From the NCBI GenBank assembly GCA_913041535.1, contig CAJWJK010000001.1, positions 267,557 to 331,556 on the forward strand: 64,000 nucleotides of DNA, given 5' to 3'. The translations under genes were made by a program, and so were the position numbers. This document shows, piece by piece, positions 31,096-40,062 of this stretch. The notes under the pieces were generated by a model, which saw only the letters and a program-made list of their open reading frames with translations, did not search any database and was not told the DNA's origin. How positions within the stretch are numbered: the stretch's first letter is position 1; the number at the start of each line of letters is the position of its first letter. The DNA is from an uncultured Alphaproteobacteria bacterium (GTDB lineage: Bacteria; Pseudomonadota; Alphaproteobacteria; VGEJ01).

Positions 31096-33996
31096 GTGAC
31101 CGGGGTTAATCGTTTGGATGCGCCCGTTGGTCTTTTGATAGATCGGACTCAGCAAATTAATTTTCGATTTGAGGGTCAAGACTACCAGGGGTTTAAAGGT
31201 GACAGCATTGCTAGTGCTTTGTGCGCGAATGATCGTTGGGTGATCTCGCGATCATTTAAGTACCATCGGCCACGCGGTGTTCTAACAATGGCGGGTTATG
31301 ATAGTAACACGCTTGTCCAATTGGATCATGAGCCTAATGTTCATGCGGACAAGATGATGCTCAGTGAAGGGTTGAATGTCTTAGGGCAGAACTACAGTGG
31401 TAGTCTTGACCAGGATCGGCGATCTTGGCTCGGTCATCTTAGTGCGTTCTTACCAGTAGGTTTTTACTACAAAGCTTTTTATAAGCCGCGGGGTGCGTGG
31501 CGTCTTTGGTCATCTCTTATACGGAACTATGCGGGGCTTGGAAAGGTATCGCTGGCTACTACACAGGAATACAGCGACAAATCATATGCATTCTGTGATG
31601 TTGCTGTAATAGGAGGTGGCTGTGCCGGCTTGAGGGCAGCGATCCAGGCGGCGAATCAGGGCGCAGAGGTCACTTTGATCGATGAGAACACTGCGCTGGG
31701 GGGAGCATTATGTTACGCGCGTACTAACTCTGCCGAGTCGGAGAGCAAAGAGATACGACAAACTCTTCTGGCAAAGGTTGCTGAGCAAGAGAATATTTTG
31801 GTTCTAACGAATGCAGTAGCCAACGGGATTTATTCTGACAACTGGGTTGCCGTAATTCATGGTCGCCGTCTTGTAAAATTAAGGGCAAAGGCAATTGTCG
31901 TTGCAACTGGTGCGATGGAACAGCCTGCAGTCTTTCGGAACAACGATTTGCCTGGTGTAATGATGGGGAGTGCAGCGCAGCGTCTTATCCGACTTTATGG
32001 CGTACGTCCCGGCCGCAGTGCTGTCGTATTTACTTCGAATAATTTTGGTTATGGCGTTGCTTTAGATTTGCTGGAGTGTGGAACAACAGTTGAAGCTGTG
32101 GTTGATACAAGAGAAAATCCAACTAATTCACTGACTCCACTACTTAAGGAATATGATGTAAAACTTGTTACGGGTGCCAACGTTATAGCAGGAATTTCTA
32201 CACCCAAGGGTGATCACGTTATGGGTGTTGAAGTGGTGGCGCAAAACAGGCCTCTAACTGAGGCTTTTCGGATAAGTTGCGATCTTTTATGCGTTAGCAC
32301 TGGATTTGTTCCATCTTCGCAGCTTCTTAGTCACGTAGGGGCTAATGTAGCTTATGATCGAAGTCTTGCAACATTTGCTGTTTCAGATATTCCGTCGGGT
32401 ATTTTTGCTGCGGGCTCCGTACTTAATCGTCATAACCTGCGCACAGTAGGGGACGATGGAACTTACGCTGGTTCAGCGGCAGCTACTTTTGCTGGGTACA
32501 AGGCCGCTGGGAATATTCAGCCGCCGGATCCACCGGACGCTGCGGAATACAATCACCGATCTCCTATTTTTGAGCATCCCAGCGGTAGAGAGTTTGTTGA
32601 TTTTGACGAAGATCTTGAAGTGCATGATTTGCGCGATGCAGTCTCAGACGGGTACGAGCAAATAGAGTTATTGAAACGTTACTCTACTTTGGGCATGGGG
32701 CCTTCTCAGGGCCGACATTCATCTCTTCCTGGTGTGTTGATCGCTTCAGAATCTACTGGTCGCGATCCATCGATACTGGGGCGTACAACTGTTCGTCCAC
32801 CATACACCGGGGTAAAATTTGGAACCTTAGCTGGGCGTAGCTTTGAGCCAGTGCGACTTTCTCCAATGCACTATCGGCATCTCGAAGCGGGAGCCAAGAT
32901 GATGCCTGCAGGCCTATGGATGCGTCCTGCATACTATGGGTCAGGTAATAGAGATTCAATCATTAGAGAAGAAGCATTGAGTGTGCGAAATGGTGTGGGT
33001 TTGATCGATGTTTCAACTCTAGGGGGCCTAGAGATTAGAGGGCCCGATTCAGTTGAATTTCTTAATCGCATGTATACGTTCTCTTACGCCAAGCAGCAAG
33101 TGGGCCGATCGCGATATGTTCTGATGACCGATCGTTCCGGTGTTATTGTGGATGATGGTGTTGCTTGCCGACTTAGTGATAATCACTTCTACGTAACTGC
33201 TACAACTTCGGGAGTGCAAGGCGTTTATCAGGAGATGCTTTGGTATAATGCGCAATGGCAGCTTTCGGTGGATGTAACGAACGTAACTGCTGCGTGGTGT
33301 GGCGTTAATATAGCTGGTCCACTATCTCGAGATGTTATTAAAGCGCTTACCAACGTAGATGTGTCTTCCAGTTCATTTCCGTACATGGCCGTTAGGGAAG
33401 GTTTTATAGCCGACATACCGGCGCGTTTCATGCGCGTGGGGTTTGTTGGAGAACTAGGATTCGAAATTCATGTTCCATCGACTTATGGAGAGGCGTTGTG
33501 GGATGTGCTCATGGATGCGGGAAAAGCCATTGGCATAACACCGTTTGGTGTGGAGGCCCAGAGACTGCTGCGGCTAGAGAAAGGTCATATTATCATAGGT
33601 CAAGATACAGACGGTCTTACACACCCTTATGAGGCAGATATGGCCTGGGCGATTTCACGCAAAAAGCCGTATTTTGTAGGGTCACGATCCATAGAGATCC
33701 AGGCTAAACGAAGTACTGCGCGAAAGCTTGTAGGTTTCGTCATGCCAGATGCTGACAAAGATTCGGTTCCTGAAGAATGTCAGTTGGTTGTGCGAGATGG
33801 AGATATCTCTGGGCGAGTGACGTCAGCAGCTTTTTCTCCAATATTGGAGAAGGTGATAGGCCTCGCTTATGTAGAGTTCGATCAAGCTAAGGTTGAAAAT
33901 ACTTTCACTATCAAGTTTGCGGATGGCCGATTTGGTATTGCGCATGTAACGGCGTTACCCTTTTTCGACCCTGAGGGGAAGAGGCAGGAGGTTTAG
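31096..33996 (+). CDS. mgdC: N-methylglutamate dehydrogenase subunit C (SoxA-like, with GcvT-type folate domain)
   Basis: GDSIASAL, RSFKYHRPRG, GGGCAG, KRYSTLGMGPSQGR, DVSTLG, DDGV and LRLEKGH. Confidence 0.85.
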   Translation: MTGVNRLDAPVGLLIDRTQQINFRFEGQDYQGFKGDSIASALCANDRWVISRSFKYHRPRGVLTMAGYDSNTLVQLDHEPNVHADKMMLSEGLNVLGQNYSGSLDQDRRSWLGHLSAFLPVGFYYKAFYKPRGAWRLWSSLIRNYAGLGKVSLATTQEYSDKSYAFCDVAVIGGGCAGLRAAIQAANQGAEVTLIDENTALGGALCYARTNSAESESKEIRQTLLAKVAEQENILVLTNAVANGIYSDNWVAVIHGRRLVKLRAKAIVVATGAMEQPAVFRNNDLPGVMMGSAAQRLIRLYGVRPGRSAVVFTSNNFGYGVALDLLECGTTVEAVVDTRENPTNSLTPLLKEYDVKLVTGANVIAGISTPKGDHVMGVEVVAQNRPLTEAFRISCDLLCVSTGFVPSSQLLSHVGANVAYDRSLATFAVSDIPSGIFAAGSVLNRHNLRTVGDDGTYAGSAAATFAGYKAAGNIQPPDPPDAAEYNHRSPIFEHPSGREFVDFDEDLEVHDLRDAVSDGYEQIELLKRYSTLGMGPSQGRHSSLPGVLIASESTGRDPSILGRTTVRPPYTGVKFGTLAGRSFEPVRLSPMHYRHLEAGAKMMPAGLWMRPAYYGSGNRDSIIREEALSVRNGVGLIDVSTLGGLEIRGPDSVEFLNRMYTFSYAKQQVGRSRYVLMTDRSGVIVDDGVACRLSDNHFYVTATTSGVQGVYQEMLWYNAQWQLSVDVTNVTAAWCGVNIAGPLSRDVIKALTNVDVSSSSFPYMAVREGFIADIPARFMRVGFVGELGFEIHVPSTYGEALWDVLMDAGKAIGITPFGVEAQRLLRLEKGHIIIGQDTDGLTHPYEADMAWAISRKKPYFVGSRSIEIQAKRSTARKLVGFVMPDADKDSVPEECQLVVRDGDISGRVTSAAFSPILEKVIGLAYVEFDQAKVENTFTIKFADGRFGIAHVTALPFFDPEGKRQEV

Positions 33997-33997
33997 G

Positions 33998-34699
33998 ATG
34001 ACCGACTTAGACCCTGCAATGCACATTCGTCGAAGCCCCATTTACAGAAAACTGTTGGAAATTGGAGCTTGCTTTGTTGAGACTGAGTCAGGTGTTGTAG
34101 CCACACGTACGTCTGAGACAGCTACGATAGAGGCTGAGCAGGCAAGACACCTTGGCTTGAGCGACCTTACCTTGTGCCCACGTGCGGGGTATAAAGGTTG
34201 GGCGGCAATCGATTGGGCTCGGGAACTTGGTATAATAATTGGTGAGCAGAATAATCGAACATATTCGCAATCGGACAGTACGCGCGTTGTGCGTTTATCA
34301 GACAACGAGTTTCTGATTCCAGGGGAGCTTTCTGGGTCTTCACCAGCAATTGATATGCTGTCTTCTGCTCGTCGACTGGAGGGTGTGTATTCGGTTCCGA
34401 GGGCCGATAATAACTGTCGTTTTGTAATCTGTGGAAATCAAACACCAGCAATGGTTGCTAAGCTTTGCGGTGTGGATTTAAGAGTACATCGATTCCATGA
34501 GGGGAATGTTGCCCAGACATCAGTCGCGCGCCTAAACGCGATTATTATTCGTAGTGACTTTCGTGATGTGCCAGCTTACGAGTTGATAGCTGACATTGCA
34601 TCAGCAGGTTATATGTGGAATTGCTTGATGGACGCAATGTCAGAATTTGGGGGCTGTATTGTTGGAACGTCCGCCCTCTGTGTGTTGAAGGGTACCTGA
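33998..34699 (+). CDS. mgdD: N-methylglutamate dehydrogenase subunit D (SoxG-like)
   Basis: RRSP.YR, KLCGVDLR..., VAQTSVAR and YMWNCLMDAMSEFGG; 1 nt after mgdC. Confidence 0.8.
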   Translation: MTDLDPAMHIRRSPIYRKLLEIGACFVETESGVVATRTSETATIEAEQARHLGLSDLTLCPRAGYKGWAAIDWARELGIIIGEQNNRTYSQSDSTRVVRLSDNEFLIPGELSGSSPAIDMLSSARRLEGVYSVPRADNNCRFVICGNQTPAMVAKLCGVDLRVHRFHEGNVAQTSVARLNAIIIRSDFRDVPAYELIADIASAGYMWNCLMDAMSEFGGCIVGTSALCVLKGT

Positions 34700-34850
34700 T
34701 GAGACCGCCTTCGGGTAAACACCCGTGAATCTGACATCGCTATTACAGAACGATTATTCTGGCGATTTTACGTGAATACTACATTTAATTAGAATGAATT
34801 ATATCTCAGGATCTCAAGTGGCCTTTATGTCATATTGCCTGCTTGAGCGA

Positions 34851-34889
34851 AAAAACGGCCCCATCTGATTGTGTCTAGGGGCCGTTTTT
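34851..34889. terminator. Bidirectional intrinsic terminator between convergent mgdD and amidohydrolase
   Basis: AAAAACGGCCCC-N15-GGGGCCGTTTTT: a 12-bp inverted repeat with A/T tracts on both sides. Confidence 0.7.
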
Positions 34890-34915
34890 AGCATTCCAAG
34901 GATTCCTCGAGAGCG

Positions 34916-36208
34916 CTATTCAGCTGCCACTGACCTCCGCCGCTGCGCAAGCTTACGAGCGTCCGGTGCCCGATGCATCTCTCCATTTTTCATTACCATC
35001 AATATCTTATCGATATCCTGCAATATGCTGACGTCCTTTATCGGGTCGCCATCGATCATGAGGATATCTGCCAGGTACCCTGCCTTAATCTGGCCGAGCT
35101 CGTCGCCCATACCCATCAGTTGGCCACCATACATAGTTCCAGCCCGTAGCGTATCGGCTACAGGTATGCCATAAAAATCACGGAATAGTTCGTAATCGCG
35201 CGAGTTCTGTCCGTGGGGTGTCCACGCAAATCCCCAGTCGCCGCCAGGCAATGTCTTTATGCCGCGGCGATGAATTTCCTTAATTGTTTTTTTGCTGATT
35301 GCCATTTTTCGCGGCAAATTCATGTATTCTACAACGTCAGGGGTGAATCCCCATTCCTCAGATTCCGTTGCTGTGATATATGTGCTTGATGGAGTGGGGA
35401 CAACAAAAATTTCTTTTTTCTTTGCCTCCAGCATATCAAGTGCTTCTTCATCAGCAAAATCACAGTGGTAAAAAACACGAACACCATGCTTGAGTCCAAT
35501 CTTGATAGCTTCAGCGGCTCGTGCGTGCGCTACTACTTCCTTGCCACGACTGTGAGCTACCGCGCACGCCTCGCGGACTTCGTCTTCAAAAGTTGTTAGC
35601 ATTTCTGCACGGGCGTGAGGTGTGCCAAACTCATCGCCTGAAATTGTCAACTTAATATGGTCTACACCTTCTCGAATCATCTCGCGACATCTACGGCGCA
35701 TCTCAATCGGACCGTCAACAAATATTGTAACTGAGTCATGGTACATATGCATTTGGCGGGCATCGGTAAAATCTCCAGTTACCGCCATTATAGGTGAACT
35801 TGCTAGCAATCGCGGACCAGGTATGCGACCTGCCTCGATCTCATTTCGGATAACGACATCTACCCTTGGTTTCGAGGAAAAACCAGAATAGACGCTGGTA
35901 TATCCATAATCGAGAACGGTCTTCGCATTGTGCATCGTTCCGTAAATCATTTCCTCGACAGGAGTATCTCCGGGGTGCGTTAATGTCGTAGCACCCATGA
36001 GACTTAGATGAGCATGTGCGTCCGTAAGCCCTGGCATAATAGTTGCGCCACCACAGTCTATCACTTTAGCGTTTGATGCTCTTATTTTGGCTCCTTTACC
36101 ATTCCAAACCTTTTTAATTCGGTTTCCCTGAAGCAGCACTTCCCCAGCGTAAGTCCGTTTCTTGGAACCATCAAAAATTCTACAATTTGAAAAGAGTGTC
36201 TGAGCCAT
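34916..36208 (-). CDS. Metal-dependent amidohydrolase family protein
   Basis: PGLTDAHAHL (HxH), IPGPR, IKL, AHARA, YHC, GGDWG and G.I.AGYLADIL. Confidence 0.88.
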   Translation of the reverse strand: MAQTLFSNCRIFDGSKKRTYAGEVLLQGNRIKKVWNGKGAKIRASNAKVIDCGGATIMPGLTDAHAHLSLMGATTLTHPGDTPVEEMIYGTMHNAKTVLDYGYTSVYSGFSSKPRVDVVIRNEIEAGRIPGPRLLASSPIMAVTGDFTDARQMHMYHDSVTIFVDGPIEMRRRCREMIREGVDHIKLTISGDEFGTPHARAEMLTTFEDEVREACAVAHSRGKEVVAHARAAEAIKIGLKHGVRVFYHCDFADEEALDMLEAKKKEIFVVPTPSSTYITATESEEWGFTPDVVEYMNLPRKMAISKKTIKEIHRRGIKTLPGGDWGFAWTPHGQNSRDYELFRDFYGIPVADTLRAGTMYGGQLMGMGDELGQIKAGYLADILMIDGDPIKDVSILQDIDKILMVMKNGEMHRAPDARKLAQRRRSVAAE

Positions 36209-36330
36209 TATTGCCTCCGCTCAATTAGCTATGTTCACACATCACCCTTACTAGGGCTATAAATTCTATCACAAGAGTTCATGCTACGGCTTTGATAGGA
36301 TTGGGTCAACCTAGCGCGGTCTTAGCCAAT

Positions 36331-36912
36331 TTAACGCTTTGGTGGTGGTGGCACGCGAACAACCAAATTATCTTTAAGTCTCTCTGGTCTCATGTCACTT
36401 GTAACATCACCCGTTTTGCTGTCGTAGTACATTTCAGCAAAATCGAGTAACGCCTGGGCATCATCAGGGGTTAACTTGTTAAATCTCAGGAAGAATTTGC
36501 CGGGCGACCGAAACCCTACGTCGCACGGGTTCTTGCATCCTCCAAGACAATACACGATACGCATTGTAACTTTGTCACTGTAAGACCATTTTTTCAGGCG
36601 CTTTTTCATCTCATCGATTAAGAAAACCCCTTGACGTTTACCATCGATCTCCCGTTGGGCTTCAGTCCAAACACAAGAACGACAGACATACATGGTATGC
36701 TGGAGTTTGTGCTCAGCACCGGCGCCGACTCGGCGGCTTGTTCTTTTTGACTTTGCAGTGGCACGTTGCTTTGCTGCTTGTTTGGGTTTTTGTACACGAG
36801 AGCTAGTCATCTCTTTTAACGTTCCTTTGCGGGCTACACTTTCAGTGCGCCGTCGGTTCCCGCTGTTGGATTGCGGATTGCGCTTGCTTCGCTTTGTAGT
36901 CGCACGTGCCAT
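36331..36912 (-). CDS. DUF1636-like (thioredoxin-like ferredoxin fold) protein with long basic N-terminal extension
   Basis: VCRSC...CLGGCKNPC.V.F..PGKF pattern; the first ~68 aa are K/R/S/T-rich; SD GGAG upstream. Confidence 0.7.
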   Translation of the reverse strand: MARATTKRSKRNPQSNSGNRRRTESVARKGTLKEMTSSRVQKPKQAAKQRATAKSKRTSRRVGAGAEHKLQHTMYVCRSCVWTEAQREIDGKRQGVFLIDEMKKRLKKWSYSDKVTMRIVYCLGGCKNPCDVGFRSPGKFFLRFNKLTPDDAQALLDFAEMYYDSKTGDVTSDMRPERLKDNLVVRVPPPPKR

Positions 36913-37130
36913 GAGCTGCTCCAGGGTTACAATCGTTGCAGCGGAAAAAACATTACTAGTACAGAAATCATGGCGAAGCCTTGGAATAGTGTCAATGTAC
37001 AGTTAGCCTATTTGAGTTTTTAAATCTGTTGTGTAACGTTATGTGATGGCAGTGACGAGTAGATTCTGTCTGTTTTTATTACACTGCGCAGTGACTTGAA
37101 CGGGAGAACGTTGGTTAGGCTGGGTTGATA

Positions 37131-38072
37131 ATGTGTGGAATTGCAGGGCTTCTTTTTAAGAATTCGGATTATCACAGCGGTTTGGGCCGGTCTTTGATTG
37201 ATATGCTCGATGGTTGTCAGCACCGTGGACCAGACTCAACAGGATTTGCCCTATATGGGCCTTCTCAGAGGGGGCGCCTTGTCCTGCGGTTCCTAGTGGG
37301 AGAAGGTAGAGGCGCTGAAAAGGCCATCTCGCGCATTCGTTCGGTGTTGTCTGAACAGCAAGCACGCATAGATGAAGAGTACAATGTGGGGGGGCATTTT
37401 CGTGTTAAAGTTAGTGTTGACCACGATATTCGTGCTTTCTCTTATGCTATGGAACAAGCAGCTCAAGTGTTTTCGATTGGTGAGAGTCTTGAAATTATAA
37501 AAGATGTGGGCGGAGCTCACGATGTTGACGCGCTTTACAGAGTCCATGAATTTGAGGGAACTCATGGCTTAGGCCATGTTCGCCTTGCCACAGAATCAGA
37601 CGTCAAGCCGGAGGCCGCACATCCGTTTTGGGCGACAGGTTTCAGTGATGTAGCTATTGTACACAATGGTCAGATTACGAACTACTGGAAGATGCGCAGG
37701 CGTTTAGAGAGACGCGATTTTGAATTCCGTACCGACAATGATAGTGAGTTAATAGCAGTCTATCTTGCTGAGAAATTGTCCGAGGGGGTTTCCTTAGATG
37801 AAGCGTTAGAGACTTCTATTCAAGATCTAGATGGTACATTTTCATTTCTTGTCTCTACCATGGATGAGATTGGATATGCCAAGGATAAATTGGCGGCGAA
37901 ACCAATGATTATGTATGAGACCGAGAATCTGGTTGCTATTGCTTCTGAAGAGGTTTCGCTCAATCGTCTTTTTCCCGGGCGTGCTCTTGATACGCACGAG
38001 CCACCTCCTGGTACTTATGCCACGTGGCGCAGAGATAATCGACCGGTTGGCCCCAATCGCAGAGCTGCCTAG
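37131..38072 (+). CDS. mgsA: Class II glutamine amidotransferase; N-methylglutamate synthase subunit A-like (GlxB)
   Basis: N-terminal MCGIAG (Ntn Cys), HRGPDSTG, GHVRLATES, AHPF, VHNGQITN and TDNDSE. Confidence 0.8.
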   Translation: MCGIAGLLFKNSDYHSGLGRSLIDMLDGCQHRGPDSTGFALYGPSQRGRLVLRFLVGEGRGAEKAISRIRSVLSEQQARIDEEYNVGGHFRVKVSVDHDIRAFSYAMEQAAQVFSIGESLEIIKDVGGAHDVDALYRVHEFEGTHGLGHVRLATESDVKPEAAHPFWATGFSDVAIVHNGQITNYWKMRRRLERRDFEFRTDNDSELIAVYLAEKLSEGVSLDEALETSIQDLDGTFSFLVSTMDEIGYAKDKLAAKPMIMYETENLVAIASEEVSLNRLFPGRALDTHEPPPGTYATWRRDNRPVGPNRRAA

Positions 38073-38094
38073 CGTTTTTTATGAAGCCTTTCCA

Positions 38095-40062
38095 ATGGCA
38101 CTTATAGATCTAAAGGAAACCCCTGTTCGTGAAGCGAACGAGCTGATTCGCCAATATGGAGCTGTTGGTGAAGACGTCGAAATTGTGAACCCGGATGCGC
38201 GTCACCACTTAGGTGTTGGCCTTACGGAGGAGATATCAGTTCGTATCAGAGGTTCTGCCGGGTATTTCTGTGCTGGCTTGACTGACGGAGCATATTTCGA
38301 AGTCGATAATAATGTTGGTTGGGGTGTTGGAGACAACATTTATCGGGGAACGGTTGTGGTGCGTGGCAATGCTGGGGCAATACCAGGAGTTGCAATACGC
38401 GGCGCTGAAATAATCATACATGGTAACATGGGCTCCCGTGCGGGTCAGGTCATGAAGTCTGGAACCTTATGTTGTGCTGGTAATGCAAACTTTATGGCTG
38501 GGTACATGATGTATGGCGGTCGCATTATCATTCTTGGGGATTCGGGTGAAAATGTAGGCGAGGACATGAGTGCTGGCGATATTTATGTAGCTGGTAAATT
38601 GCTGTCGGTTGGGTCAGATGCGGTTCAGGTCGATGTCTTGCCTTCGGAACTGGATAGTATCATGGAGTTTCTGGATAGGTATGAGCTTAAGGCAAAAAGA
38701 GGAGACTTTAAGAAGGTCAACAACGCTGGAAAGAAACTGCGATATGGTAAGACAGAGCAACAGGTGCGAAGCATCCCTTTCCATACTTTCTCCGGTAAGT
38801 GCGATTATTGGGGGCCAAAGGTGCAGGAGGATGTATGGGTCAAATCACAGATTGGCCGATATCGTATTCGTGGTTACGGTGGTGCTCGCACCTTACCACA
38901 CCTATCCGATTTAGCATTTCGTAGTGATCTTTCTACTATTGGGGATGATCCTCACGTTGTGTCTAAGGTGAGTATGAACACGCGAATTGGGGGCAAACAT
39001 GGCGCTAACCCGCTTGACTTGTCGATGCCAGTATTGATAGCCCCAATGAGCTACGGAGCGTTAAGTCGCTCCACTAAACAGGCCATTGGCATTGCTTCAA
39101 GCCTCTCGGGTATTGCGGAGAATACGGGAGAGGGTGGCATGAGTGATGCTCAACGTGATGCCGCTGACCAACTTATTTTTCAATGTTTAGGGGGGCGTTT
39201 AGGCTGGAATATTCATGACATGAAACGAGCAAATGCTCTTGAAATATATATTTCTCAAGGTGCGAAACCAGGCTTTGGCGGCCAACTAATGGCTAAGAAG
39301 GTGACTAAGGAGTTGGCGGAAATTCGCGGTATCCCAGAAGGGATTGATCTCCGTTCTCCTTCTCGTCATCCTGATATTCTCGGTGCAGATGATCTTGTCA
39401 TTAAGGTCCAGGAATTCCGAGAAGCTACTGGATATCGGCTTCCGATAAGCATCAAGCTTGGCGCAGGTCGTATTCACGATGACATCAAGATTGCGCTTAA
39501 GGATGGATTTGATTTTGTCGAGCTGGATGGCATGCAGGGCTCGACAGGCGCGGGTGGTGCAGAGGTCATGGAATATGTCGGTATACCCACAATTTCTGCT
39601 ATAGTTGGTGCCCTCGATGGGCTCGCTGAGATTGACTGTGCAGGGGAAATTCAGATTGTATTAATGGGTGGGTTACGAGACGGTATCGATGCCGTAAAGG
39701 CACTATGCCTTGGTGCGGATGCTGTCGCATTTGGCACCTCAGCAATCATTGCTGGCGGGTGTATTGCTTGTATGCAGTGTCATGTTGGACAGTGTGTAAC
39801 GGGCATCGCGACTCAGGACCCTGATCATGAGAAGCGCTATAATGTTTCAGTGGAAGCACGGAACATTCATCGTTTTCTTGAGGTTGTGCGTTGGCAGATT
39901 GCAGCAATAACAAATGCACTAGGCTATAAGAATGTTACTAGTTTGTGCAGAGATGACCTTGTAGCTTTGACTCCTGAGGCAGCAGAAATCACTCGGTTGG
40001 CATATGAGCCTGGTTATCGTGATAGTGACCGGAATTTTTCTGAAAGTGTGGGCCTAGGATGA
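38095..40062 (+). CDS. Fused GXGXG plus FMN-binding glutamate-synthase-like protein (MgsB-MgsC / GlxC-GlxD fusion)
   Basis: N-terminal Gly-rich beta-helix repeats, then IAPMSYGALS, NTGEGG, SQGAKPG.GG.L, SPSRHPD and CIACMQCHVGQCVTGIATQD. Start set to ATG 38095. Confidence 0.85.
   Translation: MALIDLKETPVREANELIRQYGAVGEDVEIVNPDARHHLGVGLTEEISVRIRGSAGYFCAGLTDGAYFEVDNNVGWGVGDNIYRGTVVVRGNAGAIPGVAIRGAEIIIHGNMGSRAGQVMKSGTLCCAGNANFMAGYMMYGGRIIILGDSGENVGEDMSAGDIYVAGKLLSVGSDAVQVDVLPSELDSIMEFLDRYELKAKRGDFKKVNNAGKKLRYGKTEQQVRSIPFHTFSGKCDYWGPKVQEDVWVKSQIGRYRIRGYGGARTLPHLSDLAFRSDLSTIGDDPHVVSKVSMNTRIGGKHGANPLDLSMPVLIAPMSYGALSRSTKQAIGIASSLSGIAENTGEGGMSDAQRDAADQLIFQCLGGRLGWNIHDMKRANALEIYISQGAKPGFGGQLMAKKVTKELAEIRGIPEGIDLRSPSRHPDILGADDLVIKVQEFREATGYRLPISIKLGAGRIHDDIKIALKDGFDFVELDGMQGSTGAGGAEVMEYVGIPTISAIVGALDGLAEIDCAGEIQIVLMGGLRDGIDAVKALCLGADAVAFGTSAIIAGGCIACMQCHVGQCVTGIATQDPDHEKRYNVSVEARNIHRFLEVVRWQIAAITNALGYKNVTSLCRDDLVALTPEAAEITRLAYEPGYRDSDRNFSESVGLG

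Noticed and set aside
36913-37130. Cobalamin riboswitch expected upstream of a DUF1636 gene
   Set aside because: No GGGAA or GCCCCCGC.ACTGT B12-box elements seen on the minus strand.
37915-38094. Open +1 frame overlapping the mgsA 3' end with CTT TTT CCC, suggesting a frameshift fusion into a GltB-like chain
   Set aside because: No stimulatory stop codon, and shifting would remove the plausible GATase C-terminal strand (EPPPGTYATW). The weak SD at 38095 is noted but insufficient.
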